64,000 nucleotides of DNA from an uncultured Sphaerobacteraceae bacterium (GCA_964461025.1 CAYWSE010000003.1:14247-78246), one strand, 5' to 3'. Positions 25,749-36,146 are shown, counted from the first letter of the stretch. Numbers and translations are program-made. Notes: a model not told the origin generated them from the letters alone.

Positions 25749-26318
25749 ATGTCCGGGCAAATACACGACATTTCCATCAATAACCTCACGATCGATCTCA
25801 AGGAGCAACAGGGAGATATCCCGGTTGCTCCCGTCGTGTACTCCCTCGACGTCTCGCTGACCAGCGAGGCGCTCGAGAAAGCGGTTGCGGCCGTTCTGGT
25901 GTTGACCAAAGAAAAGCAACCGATCGACGTCGGGATGGAGTCGGCCTCATTCACAGAGTCTGGGGCGGAGATCGAAGTCACGGCGGGGTTGAACCGCTTT
26001 CTCAGAGCCAAGGCCACGGCAGTTCTCTCGATCGTGGCAGAGAACTCCCATAACGTCGCAGTGGCCCTGACCGATTTGCGCACGCTGGGCAAGATACCGA
26101 TCGACGGCATCGCCGGGCCGCAAATCGACAAGGCGCTGGCGACCGCGGCGGAGATTCCGGGCATCTCGCTCGATCCGAATCAGTCGCGCGGACTGCTGAT
26201 CGAACCCAATGCGCTGCTCGCTCACTTCGGTGTCCCGCTCACCTTCGCCGCCGGCGGAAGCTGGTCGGCGGTTACCGGGGCAGATTTCTTGACTGTCCGT
26301 TTCAGTTCAGGCGGCTAG
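25749..26318 (+). CDS. hypothetical protein (190 aa)
   Basis: GGAGAG lies 7 nt before ATG 25749. The track ORF begins at 25494, but its first 85 aa cover a structured, non-protein-like region. No family recognised. Confidence 0.5.
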   Translation: MSGQIHDISINNLTIDLKEQQGDIPVAPVVYSLDVSLTSEALEKAVAAVLVLTKEKQPIDVGMESASFTESGAEIEVTAGLNRFLRAKATAVLSIVAENSHNVAVALTDLRTLGKIPIDGIAGPQIDKALATAAEIPGISLDPNQSRGLLIEPNALLAHFGVPLTFAAGGSWSAVTGADFLTVRFSSGG

Positions 26319-26431
26319 CAGGGCACTTCAGCTGGGGAAATTCGACGGCCTGGCCAACAGTCCGCAATGTGTGAGCATCCCTCCTCGTCGACGCACGCGC
26401 GCGATCGATCAACCCACAGACTGACCATCGA

Positions 26432-27406
26432 TCACCAGCTTGCCATGGAAGACCGCGCCGCCCAGCGATCACCGATCCGGTGCACCTCGATCGGGAATCC
26501 GAAACACTCGGTGACGTTCTCGCTGGTGAGGGTCGCATCGATCGGCCCGGCCGCGACGAATTCCCCTTCCCGCAGCAATGCGGCGTGCGTCGTGCTGGCT
26601 GGCAATTCCTCCAGATGGTGGGAAACCACAACCGAACCCAGATCGGGATGCGTTTTCGCCAGCGACGACATCGCCGCCATTAACGCCTCGCGGGCGGGAA
26701 AGTCGAGACCAGTCGCCGGTTCGTCGAGCAGGAGCAATGGCGGATCGGCCATCAACGCTCGCGCGATGCGCACGCGCTGACGCTCCCCCTGCGAACAGGT
26801 GGTGATCGTGCGGTCGCTGAGGTGCGCGCAACCGACGAGCTCGATCAGCTCTGTCGCTCGCTTCCGGGCATCAGGCGTGTCGCGGCCAGGTTGCGGCCAG
26901 ACCGTGTTGGTAAGTCCGGTCATGACGACTTCGACGATCGCCAGCCAATCGAGAATCTTCTGGTTCGGATCGACCGCGCCGATCCGCTCGCGCAAATCCC
27001 ACATGCTGGTATGGCCAAGTGTTTCGCCGAGGATCGTCACTCTTCCCTTGCTGGGGTGACGCTGCGCCCCCGCCAGGGAAAGAAGGGTGGTTTTACCGGA
27101 GCCGTTAGGACCGAGCAACGCCCAGTGCTCACCAGGCATGACCTGCCAGGAGATGTGACGCAAAATGTATGGCCCATCCGCAATCCACAGATGAGCGTTC
27201 TCGATGTCGATCAACGGTTGATGTGGCACGATCGCTTGGAACCTGGTTGACCAAGTGGCTCTCTTCGCCTCGACCGCGGCATTGTGCCCCGCCTCGCGCA
27301 ACTCCGCCAATGACATTGAAACGTGCCCATTTGACGCCCCCGACGGCAGTCCGTAAGATGACGGGAGAGAAACATCGTTACATGCGCGGTGGAACTGGAT
27401 CGGCAA
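26432..27406 (-). CDS. stand-alone ABC transporter ATP-binding protein
   Basis: Walker A GPNGSGKTT, signature CSQGERQRVRIARAL, Walker B LLLLDEPATGLD. No adjacent permease. Start uncertain (alternative ATG 27316). Confidence 0.85.
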   Translation of the reverse strand: MPIQFHRACNDVSLPSSYGLPSGASNGHVSMSLAELREAGHNAAVEAKRATWSTRFQAIVPHQPLIDIENAHLWIADGPYILRHISWQVMPGEHWALLGPNGSGKTTLLSLAGAQRHPSKGRVTILGETLGHTSMWDLRERIGAVDPNQKILDWLAIVEVVMTGLTNTVWPQPGRDTPDARKRATELIELVGCAHLSDRTITTCSQGERQRVRIARALMADPPLLLLDEPATGLDFPAREALMAAMSSLAKTHPDLGSVVVSHHLEELPASTTHAALLREGEFVAAGPIDATLTSENVTECFGFPIEVHRIGDRWAARSSMASW

Positions 27407-27458
27407 GATTTGGCGATCTTCACCGCTTGCCGGGAGTTGGCGACAGAGGGAGGTCAGC

Positions 27459-29105
27459 GTGAATCAGCGGGAAATCTTCGACGTTCTGTCCGAGAAGTTC
27501 AACAAGGGCGAAATCACCAGAAGGCAGTTTTCGCAGGCGGCGGCGTTGTTCGGGCTCGGCGCGGCGGCCATGCCCCTGGCCGCCACAGCTGCTCCTGCTG
27601 GAAGTCAGTCCAAGCGCGCGTTTCCCGCTCAGGCTGAAGGGGAAGTTCGCTTTCTGATCGCCGAGGCCTTCTGGGCCGACTGGCATCAGTACAACTCGAC
27701 CGCACAAAGCCAGCGCCGGCTTGGTCAGCAACTCTTCGACTCGCTGATTCAGATCGAATCGAGCGATTTCTCCGCGTTCACACCAGGACTGGCCGAAAGC
27801 TGGGAACAAGTCGATGAATTGACCTGGCAGTTCACGCTCCGCCAGGGCGTGACGTTCCACAACGGCGAAGCATTCGGCCCAGCTGACGTCAAGGCGTCTG
27901 TGGAGCTGGCGACGGGCGCCACAGCGGAAGTAACAGTCACTGCCTCGCGCTTCGTGCCGGTCACGGTCGAGATCGTCGATGACGTCACCGTGCTGCTCAA
28001 AACCGAAACGCCGTTTGCGCCAATGCTCAACGAGCTGTCGAGATTGCCGATTCTCAGCGCCGCGGACATCCAACCTTCCGATGACCCGGCGACGCCATCA
28101 GCCGGGGCCGACGCACTCGCGGCATTTCCGAACGGCACCGGTCCATTCCGGCTCGTCGACGACCAGCAAAACGTCAAAACGATGGAGGCCAACCCCGATT
28201 ACTGGAATGGCGCACCGGCAATCGGCACGCTTGTCTGGGAGTACATCCAGGACGGGCAGACTCGGCTCAATGCGTTTCTCGCCGGGCAAGCGCAGGCAAT
28301 CGATCGGGTGCCGCCCGAACACTTGCCCGTGATAGAGGGAACCGACGGTCTTTCGGTGATTTCAGTTACTGGGTTCGAAGACGTCAATCTCTGGATGCGC
28401 CAGGATGCCGCGGCGCCGTGGGATGCCAGCAATCTCAAATTGCGCGAGGCGGTGATGCTCGGCATCGACCGTCAGGCGCTGGTCAGCAGTCTGGTTGGCG
28501 GCGCCAGCGAAGTCGCGATCAGCAATATCCCGAACGGAGCCGTCTTCGCCACCCAGCAAGAACCGGCCTACACGCTCGATCTCGACGCAGCCAAGGCGGC
28601 ACTCGCGGAAGCGGGATACCCCGACGGCGGACCCGACCTGCCGTTGTGGGGAGTTTCCGGCTTCCTGCCGCGCGGCGAGGAAGTCTGTGAAGCAATCGCC
28701 GATGGTCTCGGTCAGGTGGGTTTCAACGTACAGCTGCAGATCACTGACATCGCCGGGCTGATCGACGGGCTCTTTGCCGAGGACAAACCCGGACTCTTCT
28801 TCCACGTCAGCTGGAGCAGCAATGGCGATCCGCACGGAGCGCTGGCGACGCTGTACAAGTCGCCGGGCGCCTGGGTGGGCATTCACGACGATCTCGTCGA
28901 TCAGCTGATCGACGACGGCGCCGCTGCCACCGACGACGAATCGCGCGCTGCCATTTATCAGGAACTGCAGGCGCATTTGTGGAGCAACCATATCCACATT
29001 CCGCTGTACAAGAGCGACTTCACCATCGCTCATGCGGACTCTGTGCAAGGCATCACGGTGCTGCCGAACTTCGACACAATCTTCCGCAGCGCCACACTGG
29101 CCTGA
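27459..29105 (+). CDS. ABC substrate-binding protein, family 5 (peptide/nickel/opine type), Tat signal
   Basis: GGGAGG RBS with GTG start. ITRRQFSQAAALFGLGAAA twin-arginine signal. SBP_bac_5-like body (WEQVDELTWQFTLRQGVTFHNGE). Confidence 0.9.
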   Translation: MNQREIFDVLSEKFNKGEITRRQFSQAAALFGLGAAAMPLAATAAPAGSQSKRAFPAQAEGEVRFLIAEAFWADWHQYNSTAQSQRRLGQQLFDSLIQIESSDFSAFTPGLAESWEQVDELTWQFTLRQGVTFHNGEAFGPADVKASVELATGATAEVTVTASRFVPVTVEIVDDVTVLLKTETPFAPMLNELSRLPILSAADIQPSDDPATPSAGADALAAFPNGTGPFRLVDDQQNVKTMEANPDYWNGAPAIGTLVWEYIQDGQTRLNAFLAGQAQAIDRVPPEHLPVIEGTDGLSVISVTGFEDVNLWMRQDAAAPWDASNLKLREAVMLGIDRQALVSSLVGGASEVAISNIPNGAVFATQQEPAYTLDLDAAKAALAEAGYPDGGPDLPLWGVSGFLPRGEEVCEAIADGLGQVGFNVQLQITDIAGLIDGLFAEDKPGLFFHVSWSSNGDPHGALATLYKSPGAWVGIHDDLVDQLIDDGAAATDDESRAAIYQELQAHLWSNHIHIPLYKSDFTIAHADSVQGITVLPNFDTIFRSATLA

Positions 29106-29135
29106 TCGAGTCTCACTGACAGGGAGAGCACCAAA

Positions 29136-29162
29136 CCGGGACCGCATGTTTTGCGGTCCCGG
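29136..29162 (+). other. intercistronic stem-loop between the SBP and permease genes
   Basis: ccgggaccgca / tgcggtcccgg form a perfect 11-bp stem with a 5-nt loop, 30 nt after the SBP stop. No U tract, so it is more likely an mRNA stabiliser/attenuator than a full terminator. Confidence 0.45.
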
Positions 29163-29173
29163 CGCCTTCACCA

Positions 29174-30091
29174 ATGGCTTCCTACGTACTCCAGCGAACC
29201 GTGCAAATGGTCGTCGTCATATTCGGCGTTGTGACGCTAACCTTCTTTGCCGTTCGTCTGGTTCCAGGCGATCCAGCCCGTCTGATGGAGCCTCCCGGTA
29301 CACCCGAATCAGTGATCAAGATCACACGCGAGCAACTGGGAACTGACAAGCCAATCCCGCAACAGTACATCGAGTTTCTGAAACGCTTTGCACTTGGCGA
29401 TCTTGGCACCTCGTTTCGAGGCGGCCGGCCGGTGATGGAGACCGTGCTCGAGGCACTACCGAACACGCTGGCGCTGGGGCTGATCGCCATGGCGCTGACG
29501 ACGCTGTTGTCGTTTGCCGTCGGCATTGCTGCTGCTCTGCGGCCAAATGGCTGGTTCGACAGGATCGCCCTCATCTTCTCGTCGATCGCCCAGGCAACGC
29601 CGGGGTTTTGGCTGGGAGTCATGCTGGCACTCCTCTTCGCCGTCGAGCTGAGATGGCTGCCCGCGGTCGGGATGAGCGACTGGAAAAGCTTCGTCCTTCC
29701 GGTCGCCACACTCACGATCAGTTTGATGCCGCTGCAAGTCAGGGCGGTCCGGCAAGCGTTCATCGAGACAATGGGCGAAGGGTTCGTGCGCGCGGGTCGG
29801 GCGAGGGGTCTCGACGAAGTCACCCTCCTGGGCATCCATGTCATGAAAGTCGCGGCGATTCCACTGGTGACGCTGATCGGTCTGCAGGCTGGTTATGTGC
29901 TTGGCGGTTCGATCGTCATCGAGTCGATTTTCAACTGGCCGGGCGTCGGCACATTGGCTCTACAAGCAATCAATCAGCGTGATTTTCCAATGATCCAGGG
30001 GACGGTGCTGGTCATCGCCATCGTCTACACACTCGTCAACTTCTTCGTCGACCTGACCTACGCGGCTCTCGATCCGCGGGTCAAGTACTGA
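29174..30091 (+). CDS. ABC permease (DppB/OppB type)
   Basis: MASYVLQRTVQMVVVIFGVVTLTFFAVRLVPGDPA N-terminus typical of the BPD_transp_1 DppB family. Confidence 0.92.
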   Translation: MASYVLQRTVQMVVVIFGVVTLTFFAVRLVPGDPARLMEPPGTPESVIKITREQLGTDKPIPQQYIEFLKRFALGDLGTSFRGGRPVMETVLEALPNTLALGLIAMALTTLLSFAVGIAAALRPNGWFDRIALIFSSIAQATPGFWLGVMLALLFAVELRWLPAVGMSDWKSFVLPVATLTISLMPLQVRAVRQAFIETMGEGFVRAGRARGLDEVTLLGIHVMKVAAIPLVTLIGLQAGYVLGGSIVIESIFNWPGVGTLALQAINQRDFPMIQGTVLVIAIVYTLVNFFVDLTYAALDPRVKY

Positions 30092-30097
30092 CCGCCG

Positions 30098-32086
30098 ATG
30101 CCATTTCCCGACTTCACTGGTGAGCTTGCGGCGACCGAGTCTCCCGCCGAACCACACTCTGGTCCTGAGGTCGCGCCTCCTCGCAGAGCAGGCACGTGGT
30201 GGAGACTTTTTACCAAACGCAAAGTCGCTACGATCGGCCTGATCGGCTTCTTGCTGATCGTTGCTATTGCGGTATTTGCTCCTCTCATTGCTCCACACGA
30301 CCCACTGAAGCAGAATCTGGGCGACAACTTCAAGCCGCCAATGTGGAAAGAAGGGGGCACATCGGAATACCCGTTTGGGACCGACCCGCTTGGCAGGGAC
30401 CTGCTGAGCAGGTTGATCTACGGAGCGCGGTACTCGCTGGCGATCAGTGTTGGCGCCGTCATCGTTGGCGGACTTTTGGGGTTCGCCACGGGTCTCATAG
30501 CCGGTTTCTATGGAGGATGGACCGATACGCTGCTGATGCGCCTCGGTGACATCCAGCTTGCCTTTCCGTTTGTGCTCTTTGCGATCGCCATCCTGGCTGT
30601 TTCGCCTAATCGCACCGTCTGGCATCTCATCGCGGTGCTCGGCCTTTCCAGCTGGGTGATCTACGCCAGGGTCGTGCGAAGCCGGGTGCTGACGGAGCGA
30701 TCCAAAGACTACGCGCGTGCCGCCACAGCGATTGGCGCCTCCCGCGCGCGGGTGCTGCGGAAATACGTCTTGCCGAACGTCTGGCAAGCCCTTCCCCCGA
30801 TTGCATTGCTCAATCTGGCCTTCTTCGTCATCGTCGAATCGCTTTTGAGTTTTTTGTCGCTCGGGTTGAGTCCTCCGACGCCGTCGTGGGGCTCGATCCT
30901 TGCCGATGGGCGCCAGTACATGATGCTCGACCCGTGGATGGCGCTCCTTCCCGGATTCGCGATCATCATCACAGTCATCACCATCAGCCTGGCGGCGGAT
31001 GGGTTCGCCGACCTTCTCGACCCGAAGCTGAAGCACGGAACGTTTCGCCGCAGCCCATTGAAGGCGCCCCCGCCCGCAATACCGTCGACCGCTGACTCTG
31101 ACGCACTTCTCTCTCTCCGATCGGTTTCGACGACCTTCGAGCTGGACGATGCCTCCGTCCGCGCCGTGGACAACCTTTCGTTCGAACTGAACCGCGGCAA
31201 CGTTCTGGGAATTGTGGGAGAAAGTGGCTCCGGCAAGTCCACACTTGGACTGTCGATCATCCAGCTTCTCGACGCCCCTGGACGGGTGACCGACGGGAGC
31301 ATCCTCTTCGACGGCAACGACCTCGCTCGCCTTGCCAACAAGGAGATGGCGACGGTCCGCGGCGACCGAATCGGCATGATTTTTCAGGACCCTGGCAATT
31401 CGCTGACGCCAGTGCTGACAACCGGCTATCAGCTCGAAGAAGCCGCACGGAAGACCGGAAAGATACCGAGGGGACAAACGCGCAGCGCGGCGATCGAAGC
31501 ATTGCGATCGGTAGGCATTGCGGAACCTGAGCGCGTCGTGCGCGCATACCCATTTGAGTTGAGCGGCGGCATGCAGCAGCGAGTCATGATCGCCCTGGCG
31601 ATGATCGGAACCCCGGAGCTGCTCATTCTCGATGAACCGACTTCGGCGCTCGATGTCACGACGCAGGCGCAACTTCTCGACGAGCTCGATCGGCTGCGAC
31701 GCGAGCGCGACCTGACCATGATCTTCATCACGCACGACATCGCGTTGCTCTCCGGTTTCGCCGACGACATTCTGGTCATGTACGCCGGCCGCATGTGCGA
31801 AATCGGACCGGCTGAGCAGATCATCAACCAACCACAACATCCCTACGCCCGGGCGCTCCTCGATGCTGTCGAGCTGGCAGATGCTCCCGGAACGAACCGG
31901 CTCTCGGCGATTCCCGGCGACCCGCCCGATCTCTCGAATGTCGGGCGGGGCTGCCCTTTTGCGAATCGATGCGGTTTCGCCATGCCAATCTGCCGCGAGG
32001 TGGACCCTGTCGCGGTAGTGGTCGGAGAGAATCACCTCTCCGTGTGCCACCTGCATGCTCAAGCGAATCAGGAGCCGGCGGCATGA
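30098..32086 (+). CDS. fused ABC permease (DppC type) + ATPase (DppD type)
   Basis: One 662-aa ORF. aa 1-310 are a DppC-like membrane domain. aa ~330-662 carry Walker A GESGSGKST, signature LSGGMQQRVMIALAM, Walker B LLILDEPTSALD and the oligopeptide C-terminal Cys-rich tail. Confidence 0.9.
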   Translation: MPFPDFTGELAATESPAEPHSGPEVAPPRRAGTWWRLFTKRKVATIGLIGFLLIVAIAVFAPLIAPHDPLKQNLGDNFKPPMWKEGGTSEYPFGTDPLGRDLLSRLIYGARYSLAISVGAVIVGGLLGFATGLIAGFYGGWTDTLLMRLGDIQLAFPFVLFAIAILAVSPNRTVWHLIAVLGLSSWVIYARVVRSRVLTERSKDYARAATAIGASRARVLRKYVLPNVWQALPPIALLNLAFFVIVESLLSFLSLGLSPPTPSWGSILADGRQYMMLDPWMALLPGFAIIITVITISLAADGFADLLDPKLKHGTFRRSPLKAPPPAIPSTADSDALLSLRSVSTTFELDDASVRAVDNLSFELNRGNVLGIVGESGSGKSTLGLSIIQLLDAPGRVTDGSILFDGNDLARLANKEMATVRGDRIGMIFQDPGNSLTPVLTTGYQLEEAARKTGKIPRGQTRSAAIEALRSVGIAEPERVVRAYPFELSGGMQQRVMIALAMIGTPELLILDEPTSALDVTTQAQLLDELDRLRRERDLTMIFITHDIALLSGFADDILVMYAGRMCEIGPAEQIINQPQHPYARALLDAVELADAPGTNRLSAIPGDPPDLSNVGRGCPFANRCGFAMPICREVDPVAVVVGENHLSVCHLHAQANQEPAA

Positions 32087-33081
32087 GCGAACCCTTGCTT
32101 CAGGTCAGCCAGCTGACCAGGCACTATGCGATCAAGCGCGGGCTGCTCGGCCGGGATCATGCGACGCTCAAGGCTGTTGACGGCGTCTCGTTCGACGTGA
32201 ACCCCGGAGAAACAGTGGGAATCGTCGGTGAGAGCGGCTGCGGCAAGTCGACGCTGGCCAGAACGCTTCTCTGGCTCGACAAACCGACATCGGGCACGGT
32301 GACGTTCGACGGAGAGGTGGTGACAGGCGACTCCGTTGACAAGCTGCGACGCCAGATGCAGATTGTCTTTCAGGATCCCTACACATCGCTGCCGCCCCGG
32401 ATGACGGCGAACGACATCGTTGCCGACCCGATTCAGATCCACACCCGGCAGACCGATCGTGAAATTCGCCAGCGGGTCAGTCACCTCCTTTCCGAGGTTG
32501 GCATCAATCCCGACCGGGGCAATCAATACCCCTTCCAGTTCAGTGGCGGTCAGCGACAACGCATCGGCATCGCCCGGGCTTTGGCGGTCGATCCGCGACT
32601 GCTGATCCTCGACGAAGCCGTATCGGCGCTCGATGTCTCGGTGCAAAGCCAGATTCTGAATTTGTTGCAGGACCTGCAGGATGCCCATCAACTCGCCTAT
32701 CTGTTCATCTCCCACGATCTCGGCGTCGTTCGGTATCTGAGCGATCGCGTGCTGGTGATGTATCTGGGCAAGGTGGTCGAAGAGGGACCGGCGTCAGCCC
32801 TCTACGACGAGCCGCACCATCCCTATACGAGAGCGCTGCTTTCGGCGGTTCCCAGCCTGCGGGGCGGGCGTGCGGAGCGCGTCAAACTGGCAGGTGAGCC
32901 ACCAACGCCGACCAACCCTCCGTCAGGCTGCGCGTTCCATCCTCGCTGCCCCATGGCCCAGCCGGTTTGCTCGACCGAGACTCCACATTTGCGACCAACA
33001 GACCCAGGCAGAAGATCGGCGTGTCATTTTGCTGAGCAGCTGATCGACGGCAGACCATCCATCAATGGAAAAGTTCCCTGA
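32083..33081 (+). CDS. ABC ATPase (DppF/OppF type)
   Basis: ATGA overlap with the previous stop. Walker A GESGCGKST, signature FSGGQRQRIGIARAL, Walker B LLILDEAVSALD. Track ORF 31969 includes an out-of-context leader. Confidence 0.92.
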   Translation: MSEPLLQVSQLTRHYAIKRGLLGRDHATLKAVDGVSFDVNPGETVGIVGESGCGKSTLARTLLWLDKPTSGTVTFDGEVVTGDSVDKLRRQMQIVFQDPYTSLPPRMTANDIVADPIQIHTRQTDREIRQRVSHLLSEVGINPDRGNQYPFQFSGGQRQRIGIARALAVDPRLLILDEAVSALDVSVQSQILNLLQDLQDAHQLAYLFISHDLGVVRYLSDRVLVMYLGKVVEEGPASALYDEPHHPYTRALLSAVPSLRGGRAERVKLAGEPPTPTNPPSGCAFHPRCPMAQPVCSTETPHLRPTDPGRRSACHFAEQLIDGRPSINGKVP

Positions 33082-33159
33082 GACGCGATAGACGGCGATA
33101 ATGCTCTGAATGGCCGTGTTCGTGCACCACGGCAAAAGCAACAGGAGGAGAATAGGTTC

Positions 33160-34194
33160 GTGCCGGAAACGACAATCAACGAGATTCGGCGTCGTGTCGC
33201 AGAGCTTCCTCGCGTCTCGCTGGCGCTGCTGCCGACCCCGATGCACGATGCGCCCCGTCTGGCCGAAGCGATCGGCGTCAAGCGCCTGCTGATCAAGCGC
33301 GACGATCTGACCGGGTTGGCCTTTGGCGGCAACAAGACTCGCAATCTCGAGTTCCGGATGGCCGACGCGGTCGGTCAGGGCGCCGATGTCTTTATCGCCG
33401 GACTGGAGGCGCAATCGAACTCAGCGCGGCAAGTAACGGCGGCGGCGAACATCCTCGGAATGAAGCCGATCCTCGTGCTCCGGCACGATCGGGACTGGGG
33501 TTGGCAGGGCAATCTGCTGATCGACCGCCTTCTCGGCGCGGATATCCGCTTCGTCGAAAGCTCCAGCAAGACTGAAATGGATCAGGCCCTGAGGGATGTC
33601 GAGGCAGAGCAGCGGGATCTTGGATTCAAGCCGTTTGTGATGAACCACCAGGCCTCGTTTGCGATCGGTTCGGCCCTGGCCTACCTCCTCTGCTCGCTGG
33701 AAATCGTCGAGCAAGCAGAATCACTCGGCGCCGATCCCGATTTCGTCTACATGGCCTCCGGGAACAAAGGACATACAGGGCTCGTCCTCGGCAGGCACCT
33801 CCTGAATGCGCGATGGCGACCAGTGGCCATCAGTCAGCACTATTCGAACGATCGCGTCAGCGGCGCGATCGCCGGAGCGCAGGATGCGGCTCGGTCGATC
33901 GGACTCGATGTCACCATCGCCGAGTCGGAGATCGAGAGTTATGACGACTACGTCGTCACGGCATACGGACTTCCCTCCCCCGCGGGCATGGATGCGCTCT
34001 CCCTGGCGGCGCGGACCGAAGGACTGCTGCTCGATCCGATCTACACCGCCAAGGCGATGGCCGGACTGATCGATCATGTCAAAACTGGCAGAGTCTCATC
34101 CGACAGCACGGTGGTTTTCGTGCACACGGGTGGACAGGCGGCGCTTTTCGCCTGGAAGGATGAGTTGTTGGCGGCACTGGGGGACGAGGGATAG
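33160..34194 (+). CDS. PLP-dependent D-cysteine desulfhydrase / ACC deaminase family enzyme
   Basis: AGGAGGAG RBS with GTG start. LLPTPMH...LLIKRDDLTGLAFGGNKTRNLEF (PLP lysine motif) and HTGG near the C-terminus. Confidence 0.88.
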   Translation: MPETTINEIRRRVAELPRVSLALLPTPMHDAPRLAEAIGVKRLLIKRDDLTGLAFGGNKTRNLEFRMADAVGQGADVFIAGLEAQSNSARQVTAAANILGMKPILVLRHDRDWGWQGNLLIDRLLGADIRFVESSSKTEMDQALRDVEAEQRDLGFKPFVMNHQASFAIGSALAYLLCSLEIVEQAESLGADPDFVYMASGNKGHTGLVLGRHLLNARWRPVAISQHYSNDRVSGAIAGAQDAARSIGLDVTIAESEIESYDDYVVTAYGLPSPAGMDALSLAARTEGLLLDPIYTAKAMAGLIDHVKTGRVSSDSTVVFVHTGGQAALFAWKDELLAALGDEG

Positions 34195-34280
34195 GCAAAG
34201 GGCAAAAAGTGTAAGCGTGTTGCGGCGTTCGAGCTCTGAGTAAAGGACGGCTCCGCCTTTCCGCGTCTTCGCCTATCCGC

Positions 34281-35210
34281 CTACCGCAGCTCCCGCATGC
34301 GCGGGTCGAGGGCGTCGCGAAGACTGTCGCCGACCAGATTGAATCCCAGCACGACGAGCGCGATCGCTAATCCGGGGAAGAGGACAAGGTGCGGAGCGGT
34401 CGACATGTAGCTACGGCCGCGGCTGAGCATCGAACCCCACTCCGGCGTCGGTGGCTGAACGCCAAGACCGAGAAAGCCGAGAGCCGCGGCGATTAGAATC
34501 GTGCTGCCGATACCCAGTGACGCCTGCACGATGAGCGGAGGCAGGGAATTGGGCAGGATGTGCCGCGCCAGCACCCTCGCCTGCCCAGCGCCCGCAACCT
34601 GTGCAGCCGAAACGAAATCCTGTTCGCGCAGTGTCAGCGCGATCGCGCGCGTCAGTCTGGCAAAGAGAGGGATAGTCGTCACGGCGACGGCGATGATCAC
34701 GCTCCAGATGCCGGAACCGAGCACGCTGACGATCGCCACCGCCAGCACGAATGTCGGCACGACCATCAGCACGTCGACCACGCGCATGCTGATCGAATCC
34801 CACCAACCACTGCGGTATCCGGCGACCAGCCCGATCGGCACACCGACGAGCATGGCGATGCCGATCGCCAGGACGCCCATCACCAGCGAATATCGAGCGC
34901 CGACCGCCAATCTGGTCAGCATGTCGCGCCCCACATCGTCGGTTCCCAAAGGATGCGTCCAGGATGGCGAAGCAAGTTTCAGCTCGAGCTGTGGCTGGTC
35001 GTAAGGATACGGTGTCCAGACGTACGTTGATGCCGCGATCAGCAGGAAGCCCAGGAGAATCAGCCCGCCGAGCAGCCCTAATCTGTCGCGCCTGAGTCTG
35101 CCCCAGGAGCGTCGCCACGCGGATTCAGGCTTCAGAGGCACCGTTAGGTCGAGTGCCGCGGTCGTCACCACGTCAGGACCCGTACCGGACTCGCGGGTCG
35201 AAGACCGCAT
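34281..35210 (-). CDS. ABC permease (DppC/OppC type)
   Basis: 309 aa, OppC_N-like N-terminus plus the BPD_transp_1 core. Start uncertain (ATG 35210 overlaps the upstream gene by 38 nt; GTG 35171 is an alternative). Confidence 0.9.
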   Translation of the reverse strand: MRSSTRESGTGPDVVTTAALDLTVPLKPESAWRRSWGRLRRDRLGLLGGLILLGFLLIAASTYVWTPYPYDQPQLELKLASPSWTHPLGTDDVGRDMLTRLAVGARYSLVMGVLAIGIAMLVGVPIGLVAGYRSGWWDSISMRVVDVLMVVPTFVLAVAIVSVLGSGIWSVIIAVAVTTIPLFARLTRAIALTLREQDFVSAAQVAGAGQARVLARHILPNSLPPLIVQASLGIGSTILIAAALGFLGLGVQPPTPEWGSMLSRGRSYMSTAPHLVLFPGLAIALVVLGFNLVGDSLRDALDPRMRELR

Positions 35211-36096
35211 AGAGCACGTCGACCGCGAGATTGACGAGGAGCATGAGCACGGCGAAAACGAGCACGATCGCCTGAATCAGCGGGTAGTCGCGCTGCTGGA
35301 TCGACTCGAACATCAGGCGACCGAGTCCCGGCCAGGCGAAGACCGCCTCAACGACGAGTGAGCCACCCAGCAGATAACCCAGCTGCATCCCGGCCACCGT
35401 GAGGGTTGGAATCATCGCGTTGCGCAATGCGTGGCTTGTCACCACGACCCGTTCGCGCAGCCCCTTGGCGCGGGCAGTGCGAACGTAGTCCGCCGAAAGC
35501 ACGCCGAGCATCGTCGAGCGCGTCATCCGGGCGAGCACCGCCATTTGGTTCGCTGCCAAGGTCATGGCAGGAAGGATGATTGCGGCTCGTTCGTTGTACC
35601 CGGCGACAGGGAGGACTCCCAGGCGCACGGAAAAGAAGGTGATCAGCATCAGCCCAAGCCAGAAACTCGGCAATGACACGCCAAGCACCGCAACGAACAT
35701 GCTGATGCGATCGAGAATCGATCCCGGCCAGAGCGCCGAAACGACCCCCGCCGTGATGCCGACGGTGAGCGCGATCGCCATGGCCGCAACGGCAAGCGTC
35801 AGCGTGTTCGGCAGCCGGTCGAGCAACGGTTCGAGTGCGTTTTGCTGATAGACGCGCGACTTCCCGAAATCACCACGCAGGAGATCGCTCAGATAGGACA
35901 TGTATTGCGAGAAGATCGAGTCGTTGAGACCCATATCCTCCCGGATCGTCGCGATCGCCTCCTCCGTCGCCGCATCACCCGCCATCAATCTCGCCGGGTC
36001 TCCCGGCACGAGCCGGAAAATGACGAAGACCAGGGTCAATGCCACCCAGATGGTGGGGATGAACAGGAGGAGTCTGCGAAGAAGATAGGTGGCCAT
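35173..36096 (-). CDS. ABC permease (DppB/OppB type)
   Basis: MATYLLRRLLLFIPTIWVALTLVFVIFRLVPGDPA, a paralogue of 29174..30091. Confidence 0.92.
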   Translation of the reverse strand: MATYLLRRLLLFIPTIWVALTLVFVIFRLVPGDPARLMAGDAATEEAIATIREDMGLNDSIFSQYMSYLSDLLRGDFGKSRVYQQNALEPLLDRLPNTLTLAVAAMAIALTVGITAGVVSALWPGSILDRISMFVAVLGVSLPSFWLGLMLITFFSVRLGVLPVAGYNERAAIILPAMTLAANQMAVLARMTRSTMLGVLSADYVRTARAKGLRERVVVTSHALRNAMIPTLTVAGMQLGYLLGGSLVVEAVFAWPGLGRLMFESIQQRDYPLIQAIVLVFAVLMLLVNLAVDVLYAVFDPRVRYGS

Positions 36097-36118
36097 GCGA
36101 TCAGCGTTTCTCGCTCAT

Positions 36119-36146
36119 CGACTCGCCCCCTTCCGGGGACGAGTCG
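36119..36146 (-). other. intercistronic stem-loop between the SBP and permease genes
   Basis: 12-bp stem with a 4-nt loop. The only mismatch is G.U on the minus-strand RNA (C.A on plus), matching the direction of transcription. Mirrors the hairpin at 29136..29162 in the sister operon. Confidence 0.4.

Noticed and set aside
29960-32062. 700-aa ORF on the minus strand
   Set aside because: It is antisense to the DppB-like gene end and the DppC-DppD fusion. It is extremely Arg-rich with no motifs, so it is a shadow ORF.
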